A model generated the notes under the pieces. The model was not told the DNA's origin. It did not search any database and worked only from the letters and a program-made list of their open reading frames with translations. DNA of 64,000 bases from Pseudogulbenkiania sp. (GTDB lineage: Bacteria; Pseudomonadota; Gammaproteobacteria; Burkholderiales; Chromobacteriaceae), in NCBI GenBank assembly GCA_018260425.1, contig JAGLBD010000014.1, positions 529-64,528 of the forward strand. The letters run 5' to 3'. The translations under genes and the position numbers were made by a program. Shown in pieces: positions 8,958 through 16,755 of this stretch. The first letter of the stretch is position 1, and every line of letters begins with the position of its first letter.

Positions 8958-9191
8958 ATGAAAATCACTACCCTTATCGCTGTTTCCGTGTTGTCCTTGA
9001 CTGCCATGGCGGCTAATGCCGGCGATGGTTTCCTGAATGCTCAACGCGTCCAGGCTGCCCGTGCCGCCAAGAACGACGCTTCTGCCAGTCACGCCACTGT
9101 GGCCAAGGATCAGGATGCGGCTCGCGAAGCGGCCAACCGTCATGCCGGTGAGGCCATCAAAGCCAACCGCGACAATTACCGCAACAAATAA
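8958..9191 (+). CDS. Small secreted protein, unknown family (array copy 3, more diverged)
   Basis: ORF 8943-9191. ATG 8958 is homologous to the copy 2 start. Signal peptide MKITTLIAVSVLSLTAMAANA, then GDGFLN...EAIKANRDNYRNK. Confidence 0.65.
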   Translation: MKITTLIAVSVLSLTAMAANAGDGFLNAQRVQAARAAKNDASASHATVAKDQDAAREAANRHAGEAIKANRDNYRNK

Positions 9192-9199
9192 TGTCTCGG

Positions 9200-9243
9200 G
9201 CACAGGGGGTGGCTGACGCGCACGGCGCGCTCCACCCTGGTGC
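9200..9243 (+). terminator. GC-rich hairpin after the array (terminator-like, no clear T-tract)
   Basis: GCACAGGGGGTGG ... CCACCCTGGTGC arms with one bulge, enclosing a second small GCGC hairpin. Confidence 0.35.
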
Positions 9244-9587
9244 ATTGAAGTCGTTTCATTACTCCTACGGCATTACCGGCATGTTGAACCCGGAGGTTCT
9301 CCATGTCTCTCTCCCTCTTTCCCCCTATTGCCCGAATTCCCCGGCTGACGTTTCCGGTCCCTATTGCTCTCGATGAGGGCAGCAAGCGCTCATTGAAATG
9401 CCGGCTTTTGCGTTCGGTCTATTCCTTTGTTTCCGGCGAGCTCATGTTCACGAGCACGTCCTCTTGACGCCAGTGACACGCTGAATCGCCGTTTCTTTAC
9501 GATTGGGGTATGCTGGACAAATTATTCCTGCATTGCCTCGCTGTCGTGCCATGCAGGTCGCCGAGTTAACCCCGTAAATGGTGAGTC

Positions 9588-9893
9588 ATGATTTCAATTA
9601 CGATCGTTCTGTGCACCCTGATTTTTGGCATTGGCCTGGCGCTATGGGCTTTTGGAGGTTTGGTGTCACTGGTTGCCGCACTCTCGGAAAAACGCTGGGC
9701 GTGGGCCGCGGGTATTGCGTTTAGCAGCCTGGTGTTGGCCGTGCCTTTTGCGATGACCCGCCGGCAAAGCGAGCCGTGGCTATTCCGGATGGTCGTGGGG
9801 GGATGCGTTATCGCCGCACTCGGTATCGTGTTGTTGCTGGTGGGCTTGCAAGTGACCGGCGGGTTTTTGCCCGTCCCGGCCAGCCAAGGCTAA
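9588..9893 (+). CDS. Small integral membrane protein, unknown function
   Basis: 101 aa with three clearly hydrophobic segments. No recognisable motif. Confidence 0.5.
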   Translation: MISITIVLCTLIFGIGLALWAFGGLVSLVAALSEKRWAWAAGIAFSSLVLAVPFAMTRRQSEPWLFRMVVGGCVIAALGIVLLLVGLQVTGGFLPVPASQG

Positions 9894-10062
9894 GGTGACA
9901 ACGCAGGATAAGTTTGACTTTTGTCGTATCGCTTTGTTTTGACAACAGAGTATGCTCGCCAGTTGCCGATGTAAAAAATACCATAGGGCAGGGCGGGTGT
10001 GACGTGCATCCGTGACGATATAACAAGAATGGAGACGGAGTCGCAGGACTCCGTAGGGATTG

Positions 10063-11688
10063 ATGCGAAGATTCTCTGATTGGCCAATCTGGCTGCGACT
10101 CACGGGGGCTATCTGGTTGTGTCTGGTGTTGGCTTGGGGGGGCTTGATTGCGTGGGAAACCCAGGTCAGCCGCGACATTGCCATCGATCAAGCCAAAGAC
10201 CTCGCTCACAGCATGAATGAAATGACGCTGGCGGGACTGACCGGCATGATGATGACCGGTACGGTTGGCAAGCGTGATGTCTTCCTTGACCAGATCAAGG
10301 AATTGTCGGCGGTGCGCGAGCTCAAGGTGTTGCGTGGTCCGGCGGTCAACAAGCAATTCGGTCCCGGGGTCGGTAATGACGCCAAACCTGCCGATGCCAT
10401 CGAATCGGCCGCCGTCAACGAAGGCAAAACCTATGTCGGAATCGAAACCGACCCGGTGCGCGGTGAAGCCTTGCGCGTCGTCTATCCTGCTCTGGCGTCG
10501 AGCAAGTACCTCGGCAAGAACTGTCTGATGTGCCATATCGTCCCCGAGAAAACTCCGCTCGGGGCCGTCAGCATGCGTATCTCGTTGGATAAAACCCAAC
10601 GTGCCGTTGAAGGTTTCCGCAATCAGAGCATCCTGTTCGCGTGCATCGTCTCCTTGCCGTTGATGTTGGTGGTCTATCTGTTCATTCGTCGTTTTGTCAG
10701 TCGGCCGCTGACGGTGATGACCGATGGATTGGTGGAGATCGCCAAGGGCGAAGGTGATCTGACCCGTCGTCTGGCCATTCGTGGTCAGGACGAGATTGGT
10801 GTGGCTGCCCACAGCTTCAACCAGATGATGAGTACGATTGCCGATCTGGTTCGGGAAGTGGGCTCGGCCGCCGAGGCGGTATCGGCCTCCGCCACGCATC
10901 TGTCCGGAAGCGCCGGACGCTTGGCGAGTGGTTCGCATCATCAAAACACCCAGTCGGTCGCTGCCGCAGGCGCGGTGGAAGAGTTGGCCGGACATATCGG
11001 TGATATCGCCGGCAATGCCGGTGCGGTGTACCAACGCTCCGAGGAAAGTCTCGCCCGTTCACAGGAAGGCTTGAAGAGTTTGTCCGAGTTGAAGGCGGAC
11101 GTGGGGCGCGTCGAACAGACTGTGGTGTTGATGTCGCAGGCCGAAAATGACCTGATGGCCTCGACAACGGCGATTACCGACATGACCCGTCAGGTGCGCG
11201 AGATTGCGGAACAAACCAACTTGTTGGCCTTGAATGCGGCGATTGAAGCGGCGAGGGCCGGCGAACATGGACGTGGTTTTGCCGTGGTGGCCGACGAGGT
11301 GCGGAAGCTGGCAGAGAAGTCGGCCCAGTCCGCCATCGAGATCGACACGGTGACACGTTCACTCAATGACAAGTCCGAAACGGTGCGCAAGACCGTGTTG
11401 GCCAGTCTGGATTATCTGGCATCCAGCCAGCGCTCCGCCGAACGGGTGGCCGAAGTACTGGATGCGGCCAATGAATCGGTCGATCAGGTTCGTCAGGGGC
11501 TGGACCAGATTGTTCGCGTTACCGAGCAACAGCGTCAGACCAGCCATGCCGTGACGGAAAACATTGATGCCATCGCCGCCATGGCCCGCGAGAACGACCA
11601 GTCCATCGAGGGGACGGTCGATTCCGCTGAAGAACTGGAAAAACTCTCGCGACGCTTGTCTGAACTGGTGTCGCGCTTCAAGGTGTAA
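10063..11688 (+). CDS. Methyl-accepting chemotaxis protein with CxxCH-containing periplasmic sensor domain
   Basis: Order is TM1, periplasmic domain with CLMCH (10522-10536), TM2, HAMP, then a signalling domain with [39 protein letters not shown] 10063 follows a TTG at 10060. Confidence 0.9.
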   Translation: MRRFSDWPIWLRLTGAIWLCLVLAWGGLIAWETQVSRDIAIDQAKDLAHSMNEMTLAGLTGMMMTGTVGKRDVFLDQIKELSAVRELKVLRGPAVNKQFGPGVGNDAKPADAIESAAVNEGKTYVGIETDPVRGEALRVVYPALASSKYLGKNCLMCHIVPEKTPLGAVSMRISLDKTQRAVEGFRNQSILFACIVSLPLMLVVYLFIRRFVSRPLTVMTDGLVEIAKGEGDLTRRLAIRGQDEIGVAAHSFNQMMSTIADLVREVGSAAEAVSASATHLSGSAGRLASGSHHQNTQSVAAAGAVEELAGHIGDIAGNAGAVYQRSEESLARSQEGLKSLSELKADVGRVEQTVVLMSQAENDLMASTTAITDMTRQVREIAEQTNLLALNAAIEAARAGEHGRGFAVVADEVRKLAEKSAQSAIEIDTVTRSLNDKSETVRKTVLASLDYLASSQRSAERVAEVLDAANESVDQVRQGLDQIVRVTEQQRQTSHAVTENIDAIAAMARENDQSIEGTVDSAEELEKLSRRLSELVSRFKV

Positions 11689-11754
11689 TCAAACCGCGCG
11701 AGGGCCCGGCTTTGCGGTATCCTGCGGGAAATCGCTTGCTATCAAGGAGCCCTC

Positions 11755-12159
11755 GTGAGCCGTAAAACTCCCATTCCGACCGACTGCCCCTGTGGCAGCG
11801 GTCGGAACTATTCCGACTGTTGTTCTCCCTATCATCTGGAACTCTCCCATCCCGCGACGGCCGAGGCCTTGATGCGCTCGCGTTTTAGCGCCTATGTGCT
11901 GAAGAATAGCGCTTACCTGCGCTACAGCTGGCATCCGGAAACCTGCCCGGAGGGGCTGGATCTGGACGATGAACCGGTCAAGTGGCTGGGGCTCACTATT
12001 GTCTCGACACGCTTGGGAAGCGAGTCGGATGACGAGGGCTATGTCGAGTTCGTTGCCCGTTACAAACTGGGAGGGCGCGCCGCCAGGATGACCGAACAGA
12101 GCCGTTTTACCCGTTATCAGGGGCGTTGGGTCTACCTTGACGGAGTCGTCGGGGAGTAG
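11755..12159 (+). CDS. ychJ: YchJ-family protein (UPF0225) with SEC-C metal-binding motif
   Basis: GTG start 6 nt after AAGGAG. N-terminal CPCGSGRNYSDCC SEC-C motif. 134 aa. Confidence 0.8.
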   Translation: MSRKTPIPTDCPCGSGRNYSDCCSPYHLELSHPATAEALMRSRFSAYVLKNSAYLRYSWHPETCPEGLDLDDEPVKWLGLTIVSTRLGSESDDEGYVEFVARYKLGGRAARMTEQSRFTRYQGRWVYLDGVVGE

Positions 12160-12185
12160 CAGGAACATCGCCACGCATTTTCCTA

Positions 12186-12222
12186 CCGCACCGTGTCATG
12201 AACACCGTGCGGTTTTTCTTTT
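12186..12222 (+). terminator. Rho-independent terminator after ychJ
   Basis: CCGCACCGTG ... CACCGTGCGG hairpin with one mismatch, followed by TTTTTCTTTTT. Confidence 0.6.
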
Positions 12223-12979
12223 TCGGGGGTCTGGAAATTGAATTGGCATGTTTTTTACGGGCTACCCGTATGGGGTTGTGTGGTCCCCATCGCTAATGAC
12301 GAATTGGCAAGGGTTTGGCAGGGGGGAGGGGGGCAAAGTGGCATCAGACCAGTCAATATGTCGTATTTCCGAAGGGGCTGCTGCATTGTTTTGCGCCCTC
12401 GTGATTATGATTGGTCCGATACGCAAAAAACCCCTCGATTGACCAGAATTGATTTTTTTGCAAGACATCGCCCAGCCTGATAAATCAGCTTATTGCCGTC
12501 GATATTTTTCGAATTCAGCGTGTTAAATAAAGTCATGAAAAAAAATATCAAACCTCACTTTTTGCCAGCTTGAATCATGCCGGAATTTACACTAATAAAA
12601 AATGACTTACGAATATAGTGATGCGTGGCGGGAGAGTGGGTTGGTGTGGTTGATTATGATGAAAGATGTAAATGTACTAGGTTCAATTGTGTCTGAAATT
12701 TAATTAATCTCTTTTAAAACATGGGCTTGTGTGTGCTAGTGGGTGGGTGGATTAGAGAATAAGGAAATCTTAATTTCCGTTAATCAGAATGTACTTATTT
12801 ATTGATCGGCATCAACTGGGCATACGATGTCCGGGAGTAATCTTTCTTCGCGATACTGAAAAACACGAGATATTTTCAGATCTTTCTGAAATAACAACGT
12901 ACTCGTTCCGGTGTGCGTTCAGCGCTTGTTTGGAGAAGTCGTTTCGCAGCGAAATCTTCAATTTATCTGGAGAAAAATT

Positions 12980-14311
12980 ATGTCTTCCAAGTCTAACAAC
13001 AAGATGGGGCTCATGGGCCTTACCATCATTGTGGCAGTGAACATGATGGGATCGGGGATCATCATGTTGCCGGCCAACCTGGCCAAAGTGGGTACCATTA
13101 CCATGCTGTCGTGGGTGGTAACTGCACTGGGTGCGATGGCGCTTGCCTACTCATTCGCACAATGTGGTTTCTTCGTTTCGCGTTCCGGTGGTATGTCGGC
13201 TTACGCTGAAGAAGCTCACGGCAAGTCTTCTTTCTTCATGGCGTCTTACACCTATTACATTTCGCTCGCGATTGCCAACGTTGCTATCGCGATTACCGCG
13301 ATCGGTTACCTTGCTCCGTTCGTCCCTTGGCTCAGCGCATCGCCGGTCAATACCTGCATGGGTGTAATCGGTCTGCTGTGGCTGACGGCCATTGCCAACT
13401 TCTGGGGCCCGAAGATCACCGGCCGTATCTCTGGTGTGACGGTATGGGGCGTGATCATTCCGGTATGTACCCTGGCCATCTTCGGTTGGTTCTGGTTTGA
13501 CGCGAACACCTTCACCAGCGCCTGGAACGTACAGCACAAACCGTTTGGTGAAGCCGTATCTTCCGGTATCGCTCTGACCCTGTGGGCCTTCCTGGGTATG
13601 GAATCGGCTTGCGCCAACTCCGACGCCGTCGAAAATCCGAAGAAAAACGTGCCGATCGCCGTACTGCTGGGTACCGGTGTGGCTGCCGTGATCTACGTGC
13701 TGTCGACCGCTGCGATGCAAGGTATCGTGCCGAACTCGCAACTGGCTTCTTCGACCTCTCCGTTCGGTCTGGCCTTCTCCATCCTGTTCAGCCCGGCTCT
13801 GGGTAACCTCGTTAGTCTGTTGGCTGTGCTGGCATGTACCGGTTCCTTGCTGGGCTGGCAGTTCACTATCGCTCAAGTGTCCAAGGCCGGTGCCGACAAT
13901 GGCATCTTCATGAAGTTCTTTGCCGATGTGACCAAGCATGGCGCCCCGATCAAGGGCATGGTGCTGATCACTGCCGTACAAAGTGCAATCGCCCTGCTGA
14001 CCATTTCGCCTGACCTGAACAAACAGTTCAACGTACTGGTTAACCTGGCCGTGTTTACCAACGTGGTGCCGTACATCCTGTCGCTGACTGCGCTGCCGGC
14101 CATCATGAAGAAAAACCAGATCTCCAGCACTCAGTACGCTCGCAACATGTTCATCGTGATGATCGCCGTGCTGTACAGCCTCTACAGTATCTATGCCGCT
14201 GGTGCCGATGCCGTGTTCTGGGGTTCTCTGGTGATGTTGTTCGGTTACTTGCTCTACGGCATGGTGGCTCACCGCTTCCCGGTTGACACCAGCGACACCG
14301 CTGTCGAGTAA
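12980..14311 (+). CDS. potE: Putrescine-ornithine antiporter (APC superfamily)
   Basis: ORF 12911-14311. ATG 12980 follows GGAGA. Aligns along its full length with E. coli PotE as I recall it (NMMGSGIIMLP, ITVWGVIIPV, LWAFLG.ESACAN, NVPIAVL, GWQFTIAQV, QFNVLVNLAV). Closer to PotE than to CadB. Confidence 0.88.
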   Translation: MSSKSNNKMGLMGLTIIVAVNMMGSGIIMLPANLAKVGTITMLSWVVTALGAMALAYSFAQCGFFVSRSGGMSAYAEEAHGKSSFFMASYTYYISLAIANVAIAITAIGYLAPFVPWLSASPVNTCMGVIGLLWLTAIANFWGPKITGRISGVTVWGVIIPVCTLAIFGWFWFDANTFTSAWNVQHKPFGEAVSSGIALTLWAFLGMESACANSDAVENPKKNVPIAVLLGTGVAAVIYVLSTAAMQGIVPNSQLASSTSPFGLAFSILFSPALGNLVSLLAVLACTGSLLGWQFTIAQVSKAGADNGIFMKFFADVTKHGAPIKGMVLITAVQSAIALLTISPDLNKQFNVLVNLAVFTNVVPYILSLTALPAIMKKNQISSTQYARNMFIVMIAVLYSLYSIYAAGADAVFWGSLVMLFGYLLYGMVAHRFPVDTSDTAVE

Positions 14312-14370
14312 GCATCACTCTGGTTTTACTGTAACGATCGAGTACCTCAGCTTTTTACTAAGCTGACTTT

Positions 14371-14400
14371 GGCCGGCCAGTCCCCTGACCGGCCCTTTTT
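14371..14400 (+). terminator. Rho-independent terminator after potE
   Basis: GGCCGGCCAG-TCCC-CTGACCGGCC hairpin with one mismatch, followed by CTTTTT. Confidence 0.7.
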
Positions 14401-14528
14401 CTTGTTTCGGCAGGAAGGGGGCTTTGGGGCTATCCGGCACATTTTTGTCATGTCCTCCTGCCTTCCGCGGCAAATACCAGTGGAATCCGTTACTATCAGA
14501 GTATCTTTCTGATGGGTGGTATTTGACC

Positions 14529-15605
14529 ATGGCCATTCTGATTGTCGATGACAACGCTACCAACCTGGTGTTGCTCACCGCGCTATCCCGTTCCGTTGCC
14601 GAAACGGAACCTGTTGCCTTTGAAGATCCCTCTGCCGCGTTGAACTGGTGTGTCGATAACCAACCTGATCTGGTGCTGGTCGATTACATGATGCCGGACG
14701 TGGATGGCCATCAATTCATTCAGCGCTTTCGCGCCCTGCCGGAACAGCAAGATGTCCCCATCATCATGGTGACCACGGAAAACCAGCGGGACATCCGTCA
14801 GAAAGCCCTTGAGCTGGGCGCGACCGAGTTTCTGGCCAAGCCGATAGACAGTGTCGAATTCCGCATCCGTGTACGTAATTTGCTGGCCTTGAGCAAGGCC
14901 CGGCAACAATTGAGCAATCGCAGTCAGTGGCTGGCCGAAGAGGTGGAGCGGGCAACTGCCATGATCCGGGAGCGGGAGCGGGAGCTGGTGCTGCGCTTGT
15001 CGCGCGCCGCCGAGTATCGCGATCCCGAGACCGGTGCACACATCGTGCGGATGTCCAGTTATGCCGCGGTGATTGCGGAAGCGTTGGGTTGTGATGCTGA
15101 TTATGTCGATAGTATTCGCTTGGCCGCACCGATGCACGATATCGGTAAATTGGGTATCCCCGACTATATCCTGCTCAAACCGGGGCGGCTGACGCCGGAA
15201 GAACTCACTATCATGCACCGGCATGCCGAAATCGGCGAACGGATTCTGAGCGGTAGTCTGTCGCCGCTCATCCAGCTGGCCGGCACGATCGCTGCCGGCC
15301 ACCATGAAAAGTTTGATGGTTCGGGTTACCCGGCGGGCTTGCGTGGAGAAGAGATTCCTCTTGCCGCCCGCATTGTCGCGGTCGCCGATGTGTTCGATGC
15401 CCTGACGTCGGAACGCCCGTACAAAAAACCCTGGTCGTTTGAAGATGCGCGCCAATTCTTGCTGGATGGCCGGGGACATCACTTCTGCCCGCGCTGCGTT
15501 GACGCTTTCATGCAGAGTTGGGAGGCCATTCTCAAGGTACATCGCTCCTTCCCTGACGAACACGTGACCGCAGAAGATTTGCCTGCCGAGTTTTCCGGAG
15601 AGTAA
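14529..15605 (+). CDS. Response regulator with HD-GYP output domain (putative c-di-GMP phosphodiesterase, RpfG-like)
   Basis: ORF 14424-15605, with the likely start at MAILIVDDN (14529). REC domain (DLVLVDYMMPDVDG), then HDIGKLGIP... and HHEKFDGSGYP. Confidence 0.88.
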   Translation: MAILIVDDNATNLVLLTALSRSVAETEPVAFEDPSAALNWCVDNQPDLVLVDYMMPDVDGHQFIQRFRALPEQQDVPIIMVTTENQRDIRQKALELGATEFLAKPIDSVEFRIRVRNLLALSKARQQLSNRSQWLAEEVERATAMIRERERELVLRLSRAAEYRDPETGAHIVRMSSYAAVIAEALGCDADYVDSIRLAAPMHDIGKLGIPDYILLKPGRLTPEELTIMHRHAEIGERILSGSLSPLIQLAGTIAAGHHEKFDGSGYPAGLRGEEIPLAARIVAVADVFDALTSERPYKKPWSFEDARQFLLDGRGHHFCPRCVDAFMQSWEAILKVHRSFPDEHVTAEDLPAEFSGE

Positions 15606-15608
15606 ACC

Positions 15609-16754
15609 ATGAAAATCGAACACTACCGCGTGAAGGCGGGGCAGCTTCCCGACCGGGACTGGTCCACGGCGAGTCTGGTCTTGCTGTTCGCTGATGCCGT
15701 CTTTTTCACCGACCGTCCGTTTCTGGACGCTCTGGACGCCTGCTGTCCCGGGGTTCCGCTGGCCGGCTGTTCGACCGCCGGCGAGATCATGGCCGCGGAA
15801 GTGTCGAGTCATGAAGCGGTGTTGACCAGAGTGGTTTTCGAGAACGCGTCGAGTCGGGCACAGGTCGTCTCGACGCCACTGCGGGAAATGGCTGACTCCT
15901 TTAATGCCGGTACCCGGCTCGCGGAGGTGTTGCCCCGCGAAGAGCTGGCCGGCGTGTTGTTGCTGGGAACCGGTGTGACGGTCAATGGCACGGCACTGGT
16001 GAACGGCCTGGCATCGCGCTTGCCGGCGGGGGTGAACGTGTTTGGTGGACTCGCCGCCGACAATGGCCAGTTTGTCCGAACCCTGACGCTGGCCAACGGC
16101 ATGGCATCGGACGACACCGTGGTGGCCATCGGTCTGTATGGAGAAACGTTGGCAACCTCCTATGGGTCTTTCGGTGGATGGGAGCCATTCGGACCGTTAC
16201 GCAAGGTCAGCCGTTGCGAGCAAAACGTCCTTTACGAACTGGATGGCGAGAGTGCGCTGGCGATTTACCGGCGTTATCTCGGCGAGTATGCGGCGGACTT
16301 GCCGGCTTCGGGATTGTTGTTTCCCTTCGAAATGCAATCGGGACGGGAAGATGGACAACGGGTCATTCGCACCATTCTCGGTATTGATGAGGAAAACGGG
16401 GCGTTACTGCTGGCCGGGGAGGTTGATCCCGAGGGCTTCCTGCGTTTGATGCATGCCTCGACGGAACATCTGATTACCGGTGCCGGCAAAGCGGCAACGA
16501 TGGCAATTACGGGCATGCCGGCCTGCAAGGGGGAGCGTTTGGCCTTGCTGGTCAGTTGTGTCGGCCGGCGTTTGGTGATGGGGGACCGCGTCGAGGAAGA
16601 GGTTGAGGAAGTGGCAGACATTCTCGGGGCAAACACGCGCTGCAGTGGTTTCTACTCCAATGGTGAAATCTCCCCGGGTACCGGGCAGGGCGGGAGTCTG
16701 TTGTGCAACCAGACGATGACCATCACCCTGTTGGGCGAGGTAGCCGGGAGATAA
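15609..16754 (+). CDS. FIST-domain signal transduction protein (FIST_N + FIST_C)
   Basis: 381 aa soluble protein. Assigned from overall pattern and the C-terminal [10 protein letters not shown] motif typical of FIST_C. Gaps of 3 nt and 1 nt to its neighbours. Confidence 0.7.
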   Translation: MKIEHYRVKAGQLPDRDWSTASLVLLFADAVFFTDRPFLDALDACCPGVPLAGCSTAGEIMAAEVSSHEAVLTRVVFENASSRAQVVSTPLREMADSFNAGTRLAEVLPREELAGVLLLGTGVTVNGTALVNGLASRLPAGVNVFGGLAADNGQFVRTLTLANGMASDDTVVAIGLYGETLATSYGSFGGWEPFGPLRKVSRCEQNVLYELDGESALAIYRRYLGEYAADLPASGLLFPFEMQSGREDGQRVIRTILGIDEENGALLLAGEVDPEGFLRLMHASTEHLITGAGKAATMAITGMPACKGERLALLVSCVGRRLVMGDRVEEEVEEVADILGANTRCSGFYSNGEISPGTGQGGSLLCNQTMTITLLGEVAGR

Positions 16755-16755
16755 T

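Larger units (their letters stand above)
8266..9191 (+). repeat. Tandem gene amplification, period 346 bp, about 2.7 units
   Basis: ATG-to-ATG distances 8266->8612 and 8612->8958 are both exactly 346 bp. Coding regions and the 139-bp spacers are visibly similar. Confidence 0.85.

Noticed and set aside
8266-9191. A regularly spaced repeat that might be mistaken for a CRISPR-like or other non-coding repeat array.
   Set aside because: The 346-bp period is far too long for CRISPR. Each unit contains an intact ORF with SD, signal peptide and a conserved protein sequence, and no cas genes are present. It is treated as a tandem gene amplification instead.
9192-9587. Short ORFs (9176-9385 -, 9191-9376 +) after the secreted-protein array.
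   Set aside because: No SD, no motifs and Pro/Ser/Gly-rich translations. The region is better explained as a terminator structure plus a possibly decayed repeat unit and the promoter region of the next gene.
12305-12320. Sigma-54-like -24/-12 element TGGCAAGGGTTTGGCA (GG-N10-GC spacing) upstream of potE.
   Set aside because: The -12 part reads TGGC rather than TTGC. It lies about 660 bp upstream of potE. No bacterial enhancer-binding protein gene is nearby. A similar GAATTGGCA occurs 60 bp upstream, suggesting a simple repeat. Too weak to call.
12238-12480. Overlapping 64-80 aa ORFs in the ychJ-potE gap (12238-12480 +, 12248-12442 +, 12262-12468 -) and the 83-aa ORF 12789-13040.
   Set aside because: They are mutually overlapping in different frames. 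None has a convincing SD or recognisable motif, and their composition is odd (W/G/C-rich). ORF 12789-13040 runs into the potE start. Kept only as part of the non-coding-gap finding.
5004-14311. Lower apparent GC and E. coli-like codon choice in speF and potE, read as evidence of recent horizontal transfer from enterobacteria.
   Set aside because: The same GGT/CGT/CTG/AAC-type codon set appears in rpsT, aspS, dppA, iscS and the peroxiredoxin. It therefore looks like this organism's high-expression codon class rather than a foreign signature. There are no flanking mobile elements, tRNA genes or direct repeats. Settling this would need a computed GC/CAI profile and phylogeny.
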